From: the human T2T-CHM13v2.0 reference genome, Homo sapiens
Reading direction: 5' to 3' (one strand)
NCBI RefSeq assembly: GCF_009914755.1
Contig: NC_060930.1
Length of the DNA stretch: 64,000 bases
This document shows positions 1 through 13,631 of the stretch, one piece after another (the stretch's first letter is position 1; each line of letters begins with the position of its first letter). The notes beneath the pieces are model-generated. The model searched no databases. It was given only the letters and a program-made list of their open reading frames with translations, and was not told where the DNA came from. Position numbers and translations under genes: made by a program.

Positions 1-307
1 GGATCCTGGGATGGAAACTTGGACTTTGCATCTGGGGCTGCACTGCTAGAGATGCTGCTTCTGGTGCTCATGCTGGAACCACTGGAGCCAGGTTTCTCCC
101 AGACCCTCAGCCCCATGTGAATCCAAACCCTGTTTCAAAAGGAATGTCCATGGGAAAATGGGGTTTGATTTACATGTTCAGTTTTCAGGCTACATTTGCT
201 AGAATGCACCTCTTTTGTATGTGCAAGAATGCCAATAGGTGCTCTGAAAGCTGAATTCTTTAGCTATTCGTCATATCCTAGTGGTTAGCATCAGAAGGAA
301 GCCAGTA

Positions 308-586
308 CAGTTGGGTCTCGGTATCTGCAGGGGATTGGTTCCAGGCCCACCTGCAGATACCAGAATCCAAGCAAACTTAAGTCCCACAGTGGACTCTGAG
401 GGACCTGTGGATACGAAAAGTCAGCCCTCCGCATCCACAAGTTTCACACCCCAAGAATATTGTATTTTCAATCCGTGTCTGGTTGCAGATGGAACCTTTG
501 GATATGGAAGGCTGACTGTATTTTGAAAAAAATCTGCATATAAGTGGGCCCGCCCAGTTTGAACCTGTGTTGCTTAAGGTCAACTA
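308..586. mobile_element. MER2B/MER8-type Tigger (TcMar) non-autonomous DNA transposon
   Basis: Starts ta|cagttg...gtatctgcaggggattggttccagg; ends aaaaatctgcatataagtgggcccgcccagtttgaacctgtgttgcttaaggtcaact, matching recalled MER8/MER2B consensus with CpG decay. Confidence 0.8.
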
Positions 587-1631
587 ATGCTCTTTGGCAT
601 TTTGGGACTGCCCCTCACCTACTGAGTCCTTCACCTGTGGAGCCCCAGCAGCTGGACACCCGGGTGCTCAGTCTTCCACTGCGTTCACTGCGTCTTCCCC
701 TTCAGTGGTCACCCTGGTGGGTGGTGGTCGCACAGCTTGGTGTGTGTCCTTACCATGCTGTAGCCTCTGGTATTTATTAATGAAAACTTTTCTTTGTGCG
801 TGACCATCTCTGCTTTGCATTCTTCCCAATGACCAAGAACATTTTGAAATGAAAAAAAAAAAAAAACCCAACAAAAACAAAATTGTAAAATTACAATGAC
901 TCTTATTGATATTTTGATAGATTAAAAAAAAAGACTAGTAAGATTTGAAATAGAATAAAACGTATTTCTTATAGCTTGTGAAGAATGTTTTTAAAAAGCA
1001 GAAAGATCTCCTTTTATTAAGTGAATACATAAAAATGATGATAGAAAATTTCTTATGGCATCAGTAATTAATTTATATTCATTAAACAAATTTCCATACC
1101 TGCATGTATTTACATAATTTCCTTCTCTTATGATTAATTTAATACTTAAGGAGAAAATGAATTATTGATTATTTTAATGCCAGAATTATACCCTGCCTCA
1201 AGTTTCATCTGTGGGAAGTGCTATTCCATGTAACTAAGGAGACAGAAAATCCCCTAAGTTGATAGATTGGTTTGTTTCCTGTTCTACTTTGGTTTAATTA
1301 CTATTTGATAATTACTATTTAAAAATTTCAAAGCACTTTTCATTTTCTCCCTAGCTGTGCTTTATAATTTGCCCAAGGGGGTCTGTTTTGTTTTGTTTTT
1401 TTTTTTCTGTCATGTGTTTGAATAAATAGCAAATTGTTGCTGCTTTTTCCAGGGAAGATGCAAAAGAGCTGTGTCATATTTCTTTGTGTAAGCAGTTTTC
1501 TGAATTATTTTCTTTGGTCTACCTAGAACAAATAAGTCTCTGAAGAATAAGAATGAACACTTAACTTTTCACTACCCTTAAAATACTATAATAGCAGTAC
1601 ATTAATCATGTGTCAATTAAAAGCCAAAGGG

Positions 1632-1934
1632 GGCTGGGTGCAATGGCCCAGACCCATAATTCCAGCACTTTGGGAGGCCAAGGTGGGCAGATCACCTGCG
1701 GTAAGGGAGTTCGAGACCAGCCTGGCCAACATGGAGAAACCCCATCTCTCCTAGAAATACAAAAATTAGCTGGACGTGGTGGCACGTGCCTGTAATCCCA
1801 GCTCCTCAGGAGGCTGAGGCAGGAGAATCACTTGAACCCAGGAGGCAGAGATTGCAGTGAGCCGAGATCTTACCAATGCACTTGAGCCTGGGTGACAGAG
1901 TGAGACTCTGTCCCAAGAACAACAACAACAAAAA
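1632..1934 (+). mobile_element. AluS element
   Basis: Dimeric Alu with A-rich linker (ctagaaatacaaaaatt) and (AAC)n tail; degenerate TSD aaaagccaaaggg / aaaatcaaaaggg. Confidence 0.95.
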
Positions 1935-3339
1935 TCAAAAGGGCCTCCCAGAGCAGCACATAGTGTTTTTGCTGTCATTCTTAGGATCTCTAAAGTCTGC
2001 CATTACGGTATAGAAAGTGTCAGTGAAATAAGGAAAATTTGTCTTAATTACTTTCCAGGAAAAACCAAGGTAGGCCTCAGTTAATTTGTTGTGTAGACAA
2101 GAAGGGGCTTTCCAACCCATCCTTTCTCATCTGTGTTTTGAGGGAGAGTCAGATGGTCATATGCACACATCTGTTATATGTAACTGTCTTACACCAATCA
2201 TTATTTTATTTACAAGATCTAGCTATTTGAGAGAGATTGCAAAAACTGGTTTTAGCTGCTTGTGTTTCAAGTCAGAAGTGCGTGAAGGAGGTCAGGCCAT
2301 GATCACTACAGTGTGGAGGCCGCCGGCTGACTTTGTTGAGGAAAATGAGGTCCAGCCTGTAGAAGGGAGCTAGGGAGTACAGAGCCCGAAGGAAGGTGGT
2401 GGGGAGTTTTCTCGTCTGCACATCCCTCCCTCTGTGGTTATCCCAGCAAAGTGGGAATATTATTTAAACCATGTACTGCTTTATTTTGCTGGAGCATTTG
2501 ATATGTTTAAAAAGTGTCAGACCATTTCCTCGGCAGGCATATGCTTGCACTTAGCCTTAATTCCTACCCTTGGAGAAGGCAAATACAGCGTGGCCCTCGT
2601 CTGTATATTTTAAGAGGTTTCTTATAACAGGCCTAGTCTGTGGCAATCCTAGTGAGTAGTACTTAGTGGGTTTACAAACCACTCTGTCGCGGTGATGACA
2701 TACTCTGTGTGGTTCTGGGAGCTAAATAAAACACCGGAAATAGATATTAAATAAAATAAAGAACACGCCTATGTAATTATTGCCAGAAATGAAATTTTGC
2801 AACCCTAAATTTGAATGTGGTCTAGGCACCTGAAGATTCCTGTAGCTAAACAAACATCATTTCCCAGATTAAAATTTCAGGAAAGCAACGTCTATCAAGT
2901 GTCTTATTTGGGTAAAATATTTTGAAAATGTTTTGACTGATCACAGGGGGAATGGGAAGCAGATGGTAAGTGAGACAGGTGCCCCTAAAGTCCACATCCC
3001 CTTCTGAATGGCTCCATTTCCTATTACATTAGACAGCAAAGGCCACTGGCCCAGGCCAATGTCACTTATGTTCTGCTAGGGGACTTTTGGCCAACTCAGA
3101 AGATATTGGTCCTTACTGTGGAATTGTTTTGTGATTTTAAAATATAGATCTCTTTAAACCCTGAAAAAATATATTTTTAAAAGGACTAATTTTTTAAACG
3201 GCAGTGATCCAATCAATATGATTGCAGTTTGAGCTTAAGGGGCACTATTCTCACTCAAGTCTTTGGATTTTTCTGTAGCCTTTCCCAAAAGTGAGCTAAT
3301 GTTTTGAAGTGTCAGTTATTTACTTCGGTTCTGTCTGGT

Positions 3340-4200
3340 AGAAAATACACAAGTTGTCTCATTTAATCATGAAGGTAACTCTCTTAGGCATTTTGCAGGT
3401 AAGAAAATTGAGGCTCTAAGAGGTGAAGTAATTTGCAGAAGCCACTGGAAAGTGGCTGATTCCAGATTCCAGACCCAGCTCTGTCTACCTAAAACTACAT
3501 CATCTCCCTAAAACACCTCACTAGCCATGCTCCAATGCAAATGGGCCTAGCAAGTTCAAATACATTTGTAATTTGCCTAGGTTTTCCATTTAGCTGAAGT
3601 TAACCACACTTCCAGTATAATCCAGGTATTTATGGTTTTTGTGTTTTGTTTTTTTTCTCCCATTTACAGCACTTAGCATAATGTTCTGCATAGAGCACAT
3701 ACTTAATGAATACTTGCTGAATTAATTCATTTCAGATACGTTGAGCCCCGTGAAAGCTGCTTAATTTAGAAGGCTCAGAGTAACTTTGGTTAAAAAGGTT
3801 CAGGGATGGATCCTCTCCACCCTTTCGTTCACCTGGTAAAATACTATTTCAAGGACTAATTTATACCATCGTCTCCTTTAGGTAGCTTTCTCTGACCCAC
3901 TTTGTCACTGAGGCAGAATTGTTTCCTCATCTCTGTATGACTTAGCACTGTTTATGTACTTCCATGTCACTTTTTTAAAAGCAAGAATGAAAATAACTTT
4001 TATTTATTGTGCAATGTGCTAGACATTAAACTAAATACTCTACACATTTTGTCTCTTTAATCCTCAAAACAGCCCTGGGAGGTAAGGCTGTTGTCCTATG
4101 TTACAAGCGAGGAAAGTGGGGCTTAAAGAGAATAAGTTACTTGCCCCAGGTCTTACAGTTAGTGAATTTCAAAGATGCAGTAGGAACCCAGTTCTCGCCT
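3340..4200. mobile_element. Cluster of MIR and L2 relics
   Basis: MIR cores (ttttgcaggtaagaaaattgaggctctaagaggtgaagtaatttgc; gaggaaagtggggcttaaagagaataagttacttgccccaggtc) and L2 tail-like (acttaatgaatacttgctgaattaat); boundaries approximate. Confidence 0.65.
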
Positions 4201-4214
4201 GTTTTCAATATATT

Positions 4215-5590
4215 CTTTTCTTATTAAGATAAAATTTGCAGTAATGTGCACATATCTTACATGTACAGTTTGATGAGTTTTGATAATACACACATCTGCT
4301 TAACCGTTGATCCAGTCAAGATGTAGAACATGTCCACTGATCAGAAAGTTACCTCATTGCCCCTTCCCTGTCTGCTCCAGCCACTCAGGATTAGGGCTGC
4401 CTGTTCTTTATTTAAATCAATTAATTTATTTCTTATTTTATTTTATTGTTTCTCTCAGTTGAATTTTATTTTATTTTTTCCTGCTTTTATTTTAGATACA
4501 GGGGTACATGTGTAGGATTGTTACATGGGTATATTGGACCCAAGTAGTGAGCATAGTACCCAGTGAGTAGTTTTGCAACCCACGCTCCTGTCATTTCCTG
4601 CCCCTGTAGTAGGTTGCAGTGTGTATTGTTCTCGTGTTTATATCCATATGTGCTTAATGGTTACCTCCCACTTACAGGTGAGAACATGTGGCATTTGGTT
4701 TTCTGTTCCTGTGCTAATTCACTTGGCATTATGGTCTCCAGCTTTGCTGCAAAGAACATGGTTTCATTGTTGTTGTTTTTTTTAATGGCTGCATAGTATT
4801 CCATGGTGTATGTGTACCACATAGTCTCGATCCAATCCTCCACTGATGGGCACCTAGGTTGATTCCATGTCTTTGCTATTGTGAATAGCATGGTGATTAA
4901 CATAAGAGTGCATGTGTCTTTTTTGGTATAATGATCTGTATTCCTTCGGGTATGTACCCAGTAATGTGTTTAGCTGGGTCGAGTGGTTGTTCTGTTTTAA
5001 GTTCTTTGAGAAATCTCCAAACTTGTTCCACAGTTTGAAACTAACTGAACTAATTTACATTCCCACCAACAGTGTATATGCGTTTCTGTTTCTTTGCAGC
5101 CTCACAGGGCTGCTTGTTCTTGAACTTCATAGAAATTGAACTCTAGAGTATGTATTCTTTTTTCTCTTTCATGTCTTTTACTCAAAATAATATTTTTGAG
5201 GTTCATCCGTGTTGTGATATGTAAAGATATCCACTACATCAGTGGTTCATTGATTTTTATTGCCAAGCAGTATTCCATTTCATGAATATATCACGGTTTA
5301 TTTATTCATTGTCCTATTGTTGGGCATTTGGATGGTTTCCAGTTTGAGGCTATTGTGAATAAGGCCACTATGAATATTCTTCATCTATGTACAAGAATGT
5401 ACAAAAATCTTTTTGAGGACATATGCTTTCATTTCTGTTGGGTAAATACTTAACTGTGTAATCCCTGGGTCATAGAGTAGAAACATGTTTAACTTTATAA
5501 GCAGCTGCCAATTTTCCAAAGTGTCTGTATGACTCTACACTCCCACTAACAATGTGTGAGTGTTCTAATTCATATCTTTCCCAATATTTA
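4215..5590 (-). mobile_element. Old L1M 3' region, interrupted by a younger L1 at 4409-5105
   Basis: L1M-type 3' UTR/ORF2 tail motifs (tgtacagtttgatgagttttgat; ttccagtttgaggctattgtgaataaggccactatgaatatt) continue on both sides of the insertion. Confidence 0.75.
4409..5105 (-). mobile_element. 5'-truncated L1PA15/16-like LINE-1
   Basis: 3' UTR ttttagatacaggggtacatgtg...; ORF 4661-4903 has L1 ORF2 C-terminal motif [14 protein letters not shown]; 16-bp TSD agggctgc(c/t)tgttctt at 4393-4408 and 5106-5121. Confidence 0.9.
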
Positions 5591-5625
5591 AAAAGTTTTA
5601 TGCTACTTTAAAATAGTCCTCTTTC

Positions 5626-6440
5626 ATTTATGCAGCCAAAAAACACATGAAAAAATGCTCATCATCACTGGCCATCAGAGAAATGCAAATCAAAACCACA
5701 ATGAGATACCATCTCACACCAGTTAGAATGGCAATCATTAAAAAGTCAGGAAACAACAGGTGCTGGAGAGGATGTGGAGAAATAGGAACACTTTTACACT
5801 GTTGGTGGGACTGTAAACTAGTTCAACCAATGTGGAAGTCAGTGTGGCGATTCCTCAGGGATCTAGAACTAGAAATGCCATTTGACCCAGCCATCCCATT
5901 ACTGGGTATATACCCAAAGGACTACAAATCATGCTGCTATAAAGACACATGCACACGTATGTTTATTGCGGCACTATTCACAATAGCAAAGACTTGGAAC
6001 CAACCCAAATGTCCAACAATGATAGACTGGATTAAGAAAATGTGGCACATATACACCATGGAATACTATGCAGCCATAAAAAATGATGAGTTCCTGTCCT
6101 TTGTAGGGACATGGATGAAATTGGAAATCATCATTCTCAGTAAACTATCGCAAGGACAAAAAACCAAACACTGCATGTTCTCACTCATAGGTGGGAATTG
6201 AACAATGAGAACACATGGACGTAGGAAGCGGAACATCACACTCTGGGGACTGTTGTGGGTTGGGGGGAGGGGGGAAGGATAGCATTAGGAGATATACCTA
6301 ATGCTAAATGACGAGTTAATGGGTGCAGCACACCAGCATGGCACATGTATACATATGTAACTAACCTGCACATTGTGCACATGTACCCTAAAACTTAAAG
6401 TATAATAATAATAATAAAAAATAAAAATAAATAAATAAAT
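5626..6440 (+). mobile_element. 5'-truncated L1PA3-like LINE-1 (ORF2 C-terminus + 3' UTR + A-tail)
   Basis: ORF 5647-6201 is the L1 ORF2p Cys-rich C-terminus ([18 protein letters not shown]...MFSLIGGN); 3' UTR diagnostic aatgctaaatgacgagttaatggg...caccagcatg; perfect 16-bp TSD aaaatagtcctctttc (5610-5625, 6441-6456) at a TT/AAAA site. Confidence 0.95.
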
Positions 6441-6920
6441 AAAATAGTCCTCTTTCCCATTTGACTTTGAGCCTGTCAAGGTCAGGAAACATGTACCATT
6501 CATTTCTGCATCCACCATGCTTAGCTCAGTGTGTGGTGCAATAAATATGATGCACATGAAACTATAATTTGAGAATTGTAGAAACAGTTGTCAAAGTCCC
6601 TTTCAGCAGTGACAATCTGGAAACCTAACCATGTGCCATGGGGCATGCAGGTAGTTTTACACTGAAAAGACTTTGGATAGTTGCCTTCAGAGGGTAGCAG
6701 CCTTTCAAAGGTGAAGTGGCAGATTGGTGATCTCCAGAAGGAAGTGAGTGACCAGCCAGGCATGGGCTCTCCTGAGTGAGGCAGGCTGGTGAGTCCCACT
6801 GTGTGCTGGGAGGCCATGCTTCAGCAATATGTCCATCTGACATGAACAGTTCACTTGGATATCAGTGGAAGCCATAAGGTCTTAGCTTGTCGACCTCTGA
6901 CCTGCTATCTTTTAGGATGA

Positions 6921-7452
6921 TGTTTTAGTTATCTGTAGCAATATAACAATATGAGAAGGCACTTAGCAGCTTAAAGCAACACCTTATTCATTGCAACACA
7001 TACTTATTATCTCCAGGTTCCTGTGGGCCAGGAGTCTGGCATAACTTGACAGAGTCTTCTGCTTCACAAGGCTACAGTCAAAGTGTCAGCTGGGGCTGTG
7101 GGTGAGTCAAAGCTTGACTGGGGAAGGAGCTGCTAGCAAACTCAAGTGGTTGTTACAGGATTCAGGTCAACGTGGGCTGGTGGATTGTGGGCCTCAGTTG
7201 CCTGCTGAATGTTGGCCAGGGGCCGCCCAAGGTTCCTTGCTGTTATAAATTTGTGTAATATAGTTGCTGCCTCAGCATTCATTTTCAGGCCTGACATAAG
7301 ATGTTTGAAACCCAGTCACTCCCTGTCACCTTTGGCCCAGTTAAAATTTCCCCTCGTGTGGTTGTTTGTAATTTGGCCTCCTTATTCCTTACACAAGGAC
7401 ATGAATACCAGGAGGTGGGGAGAACTGGGAGGTTCTCTTGGAGTCTGTCACA
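6921..7452 (-). mobile_element. MLT1 (MaLR) LTR, probably MLT1E/F-type, with a non-MLT-looking internal segment ~7275-7390
   Basis: tgttttagttatct...acttagcagcttaaagcaacac...; ends ggagtctgtcaca; TSD gatga/gatgg. Confidence 0.7.
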
Positions 7453-8199
7453 GATGGTCCATTAGAATTCTTTTTAAAAAGTGGAAGTAATACAGATACT
7501 GTGAGGAAAGTAGTTGTTTTGACCCAAAGAGAATATTATATTTTTTACTGTTCTAATGAATAGTTTCAGGGGCTCCAGCTTTATCTCCAACACAGAGAGC
7601 CTGTTCTGGGTAAATTATCTGCAGTTCATGTTCACTGGCACAGAAGATTGATTGGAAAACATGAAGTGATTTCTGGATAAATACTCATCAGTGGGTTCAT
7701 TCAGTGCAGATGAATTGAGTCTTTTCTATAATCTCCCACTGGACAGAGCTTTTGCTTTGAAATTTGTCATGGGTTAAAGAGATTGGCAGAGTGACCCCCT
7801 ATAACCTAAGTGTAGGAAGCCAGATATTTTTGTCAGCAAATTTGCTTATCTGGAATGGAATGATTGGCCCTGACCAGACACGGAAAAAAATCTTAGGGTC
7901 ATATAAAAGTAACTTGTCACACCTGTTGGGAGAATCTTTTTAAGAAGTAAGTCACATGTATGAGAAACAGAGCAAACAAAATATTTTACTTGTTAGGAGA
8001 TACCTGGAAGATGTTCAGGCTTTAACACTTAGCTTTGGTGAGTTTAGACAGTCAAGGAAGACAGCAGAGTCTTGTTCTGCCCTGACCATGGTATAGTTAT
8101 TCTACCCATTCTTGGTTGTTAAAAAAAAATTCAATGTTTTTTCCCGCAAACTTGAACTAAGCACAAAGGCTTATTTTCAGTTATAAAAAACATGATTAA

Positions 8200-8502
<303 letters not shown>

Positions 8503-8556
8503 CTATTCTAATAGGTTTGAAAGTTTTGAGAAACTTTCAAACTCTGTTTCTTATAC

Positions 8557-9076
8557 ACAGAGAGAGAGACATATGACAAGAAATTGATTACAGGAATTGG
8601 CTAACACATTTGAGGAGGCTGCAAAGTTTCCATAGGCTCTCTTCGAGCCGGATAACCAAGAGGGGCCGGTAGTGTGGCTCAGTCCAAGTCAGAAGGCCCA
8701 AGAACCAAGGAGGCTAGTGCTGTCACTTTCGGTTTGAGGCTAAAGACCCTAGAGCCCTAGGGCCCACTGGTACAAGTCCTAGAGTCCAAAGACCAAGGAA
8801 CCTGGAGTCCTCGTGTCCAAGGGCAGGAGCAGAAGGGTGTCCTGGCTCTGCAAGAGAGATAATTTGCCCTTCCTCCTCCTTTTTGTTCTGTTCAGGCTCT
8901 GGATGAGTGGGCGGTGCCTGCTCTTGTTGAGGGTGGATCTTCCCCACTCAGTCCACCCACTTACATGCCAGTCTCCTCTGAAAACACTCTCAAGGACACA
9001 CAGGAAGCAATGCTTCACCAAGTCATCCAGGCATCCCTCATTCCAATTAAGTTGACGCCTAAAATTAACCATTGTA
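8557..9076 (-). mobile_element. MLT2 (ERVL) LTR, MLT2B/C/D-like
   Basis: caggaattggctaacac...ggaggctg; ends ccaattaagttgacgcctaaaattaaccat, the MLT2 terminus in reverse. Confidence 0.8.
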
Positions 9077-9305
9077 GCCATAGAGCTGAATGTAAAAATT
9101 TAAAAATTCATCTCCTTCATAAGCTGCATAAACCTCCTTCTTTGAGTATAAGAATTAATCATCCCAATGAAGTAGAAAATAGTATATTTATGTCATCTAG
9201 TTGAAAAAGGCAATATTAATAGACATTTGGAAACTCCTTTTGCCACATTTCAAGTTTATTCCGGGCAGTTTACCTTGAGAAAAAAATGCCTCTTTTGATG
9301 GATGC

Positions 9306-9661
9306 TGTATTAGTCCGTTCTCACACTCCTATAAGGACATACTTGAGACTGGGTAATTTTTAAAGGAAAGAGATTTAATTGACTCACCATTCTGCAGGAC
9401 TGGGGAGGCCTCAGAAAACTACAATCATGGTGGAAGGTGCCTTTTTACAGGGCAGCAGGAGAGAGAATGAGTGCTGAGCAAAAGGGGAAGCACCTTATAA
9501 AACCATCAGATCTTGTGAGAACTCACTCACTATCATGAGAACAGCATGGGGGAAACTGCCCCCATGATTCAATAACCTCCACCTCGTCCTGCCCTTGACA
9601 CGTGGGGATTATTACAATTCAAAGTGAGATTTGGGTGGGGACACAGAGCCAAACCGTATCA
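9306..9661 (-). mobile_element. THE1D/MSTA-type MaLR solo LTR
   Basis: tgtattagtccgttctcac...aaaccgtatca; perfect 5-bp TSD gatgc. Confidence 0.92.
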
Positions 9662-12439
9662 GATGCAGACCGAAAGAGCAATTTTATTTTAGTTACAACA
9701 TAATAATGGTGTTATATAGTGTATAACTATAGTTATATAGTTACATATATATAGTTACAGTTATACAGTGCTTACTGCTTATTATGTGCCAGATACTGTT
9801 CTATGTGGTATATGTGTGTGTGCTGGGGATATATACCCACTCTATGATATATACTAATTCTCACCTTGCTGGTTCCCTGGTTAATGAGCTAAATAAATAT
9901 TTGATGCCTACCCACTTTATATTTCTATGAGTGTAGTGTTTTCACTTTTTGAAAATTATACTTTAGTCAATTCTGTGATACAGATACTATTATTATTCCA
10001 GTTGTATGGAGAGGCACATGAGACACAGAGAAGTTGAGTAGCTTCCCCAGGGCTTCATAGCAGCCCACGGTGGAGCCAGCATTTGAGTGCCAGCAGCCTG
10101 GACCAGCGTCTGCTCTTAACTATCATGCTACACCCCGTCTTGAAGAATTTATTTTCTTTGCATATGTAGGCCATAGCCACCCTTCTGACACTAAAGAAGC
10201 ACAATCAACCAGAGTCCAAGGCAAACCAGCACATTTCATCTACGGAGAGCAAACTAATCAAAAAAGCACGCTTGCTCCAGCCTGACCCAAGCATCTGGGT
10301 TAGGACAACCAATCTAAGAAAGCCCACACTTCACTATTTTAAAGAAAATAAATCCTTGGCAATAGTGGCCTCATTATGATTCTGAAGGGCAACATAAAAT
10401 GCTTCCCAGATGAATTAGTAAACAACACCAAAAGTTGCAGGAATGGATGGAGGTCTGTGAAGTGTCTCAATGGGCAACTGGAAGTGCAGCCTCCAGGTTG
10501 ACATATGGGATTACAGAGGAACCAAGAAGGGAAAAATGATGGAAAGAGATGAGCAGTTTCTGAAGTGTGGTTGTGGTATCACTGATGTCGTGGACTCTAC
10601 ACTGATACCTGCCCTCACTATGATTCCCGTTGTCCCACTCGGACGAGGCCTTCAACAGAGCTGCATTTAGAAGCCAGGGAAGATTTTCCCGTTGTATCAT
10701 CTGTGGTCTTTCTACTGGCAACTCTCATGGGATTCCTTGGCTGGAGGGTAGAGCAAAGCATCAGAACCCCTAGGCTCTGCCTTTGAAACTCCCCATATCA
10801 TTCAGAATGGGCTTTAAATGGCATCTGTGCCATTCCAGAACTCACCCTTGTGAAGCTGATGGCTCAGGGCTTCCTGCTCTTGTTTGGAGGTGGTGTCAGT
10901 AGGGGCAGAGGAAGGCTCAGCCAGTCTTTGTGGACCCTGGTAGCCAGGCTCGCTCCTGCTCCTGGACATTTTGAGCAACAAATGGCTATTGTCATGGACT
11001 TTTAGCATCCCTCATCCCTGACATGTAGCCTCGGGACAGACTAGCCAGCTGGATTTACTTTAAGAAGTATGTATAATATATTTGTATACACACACATATA
11101 TATACGTACACATTTACTTATAGTTTTTACTGATGATAAAATGAAATGTTACCAGTATAAAAGCAATTTGGACATCACAAAAAATTATAAAGAAAAAAAT
11201 GCAAATCTTGAACTAGAAAAACCAAGGTAGAAAATTCCTGGAAATCCAGCCACTCACAGATACTGCTTTATTTACTAAAAAGGGACCATTAGCATTTTAA
11301 ATACCTTTTCATGCAAATCTCTATGCATATATACATATAACGTATATCTCTATGCATACAGATACAACTGTTTGAGAATTTAACTATGCTAAGCAGACTG
11401 TTGGCAAACTTTTCTGCTCAGCCAGGCGACCTTTATGGTCAATCAATGCTGGTGTAAATCACCATTTTAGCCCATAGAAATAAGAAGAATGTTGTGACTG
11501 GGCTTTCCTGTGGTGAGGTGACGGCTGGGAATAGAATGATCAGAACATCTGGGTTCGTGCAATTTTTCCTGAACCTTTGCAGACTTTATGTGTACATTGG
11601 GACGAGGGAGTCACTAAAGCCGAGGGGAGCCCTCCAGCTCACTGCTCCGACAACTTAGAGGGCAAGTGCCGAAACAGAAGTGGCTGGTGTTGACTGCATG
11701 TTTACGGTGGCTGCCAACTGAGGGGCTGCCCCTGATGAGGCCGAGTGAGTGAGGCCCACACTGCACGTGGCTGGGAAAGGTTTCAAACCATGACTTCTTA
11801 CCTTTGTTCAAACCAGATGCAAGGAATCCGAGGATGATGTCTGGGTACTGATTTAATTAGCAGCAAAAGGGATTAAGCAAACCAGCAATCATGCTCTTTC
11901 ATCTCTGTCCAGAAAAGGCGTTTTTACCTGCACCCATGGTTGTGAATCTGTGACTGATGCCAGTGTTGTCATTAAGAAAGGACCTCAAGCAAAGCAGAGT
12001 CGGGAACATTTTGTGTTTAAAATGTTTAGAAACAAACATGGACAGAGCCCACTGATTTTTCCTCTGGGAAAAAGACAGTCACTGTAAATAGACAAATTAC
12101 ACTGAATCTATCCGAAACATATGTTGCGTTTGGCTAAATGCTAATCTCTTATTTGCCCTCCTGCTGCCAAGGCCCGTGCTGCGTGCCCTGGATCTGGATG
12201 TGTGTTTAAACGATTATAGTTCAGGAAAAGAGCCTAGGCCTGTTCATGTTCCATTGAGGCTCCTGTTCTCAGACTTACTGATTTTCAATCTGGAGATTTT
12301 ACTGAAATATATATTACAGTCTCTTACCATGTAAGCCAAGTCTGTTTTTACTTTATCCATTTGTATGGAGAAATATCATAATCCTCAGAGATCTGGAGCA
12401 TAGGAGATTGCTTTGAGGGCATGTAGGGTAGGAGCTGCC

Positions 12440-12752
12440 TAGTGAACTGTTCACTTGGCCTGGAATGTCTTTCTCTCTTGCCAATCCCCACCTTTATCAC
12501 TTAATTCCTATTTATCTTTTTTATTGAAGCTCAGGTAGCATCTTCCCCGGGAATCCTTTGCTGACCGCCCTGAGCCTGAGTTGGTTATTCCTCCACTGGG
12601 CTTCCCTAGCTGCCCACTGCTTTCCTATCTCCAAACCTCCCCAGACTTGTAAGGTCTGTGAGGGTCAGAACCCCCCAACCCCCATGTGTTATGCCCAGCA
12701 CCGAGGACAGTGCCTGTCACATGACTTTAGTAAATACCTGTTGAATGAATGA
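12440..12752 (+). mobile_element. L2 3' end relic
   Basis: gcctggaatgtc...cagacttgtaaggtctgtgagggtcag...ends taaatacctgttgaatgaatga (L2 tail). Confidence 0.7.
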
Positions 12753-12761
12753 GGACACTTG

Positions 12762-13631
12762 TCTTCTTTTCTTTTCTTTTAAAATTCTGGGGTACATGTG
12801 CAGGACATACAGGTTTGTTACATAGGTAAACGTGTGCCGTGGTGGTTTGCTGCACCTATCAACCCATCACGTAGGTATTAAGCCCCACATGCATCAGCTA
12901 TTTTTCCTGATGCTCTCCCTCCCTCCCCCAACAGGCCCCTGTGTGTGTATTCCCCTCCCTGTGTCCACGTGTTCTCACTGTTCAGCTCCACTTATAAGTG
13001 AGAACATGTGGTGTTTGGTTTTCTGTGCCTGTGTTACTTTGCTGAGGATAATGGCTTCCAGCTTCATCCATGTCCCTGCAAAGGACATGATCTTGTTCCT
13101 TTTTATGGCTGCATAGTATTCCATGGTGTATATGTACCACATTTTCTTTATCCAGTCTGTCGTCTGTCATTGATGGGCATTTGGGTTGATTCCATGTCTT
13201 TGCTATTGTGAATAGTGCTGCCATGAATATACATATACAGATATCTTTATAATAGAATGACTTATATTCCTTTGGGTGTATACCCAGTAAAGGGATCGCT
13301 GGGTCAAATGGTATTTCTGGTTCTAGGTCTCTGAGGAATTGTCACACCGTCTTCCACAATGGTTGAACTAATTTACATTCCCACCAACAGTGTAAAAGCG
13401 TTCCTGTTTCTCTGCAACCTCACCGGCATCTGTTCTTTCTTGAGTTTTTAATAATCATGATTCTGACTGATATGAGATGGTATCTTATTGTGGTTTTGAT
13501 TTGTATTTCTCTAATGATCAGTGATGTTGAACTTTTTTTCATATGTTTGGTTGGCCGCATGTATGTCTTCTTTTGAGAAGTGTCTGTTCATGTCCTTTGT
13601 CCACTTTTTAATGGGGTTGTTTGTTTTTCTT
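12762..13631 (-). mobile_element. 5'-truncated L1PA10/11-like LINE-1
   Basis: 3' UTR gtattaagccccacatgcatcagctatttttcctgatgctctccc; ORF2 C-terminal remnants ([16 protein letters not shown]; [19 protein letters not shown]). Confidence 0.9.
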
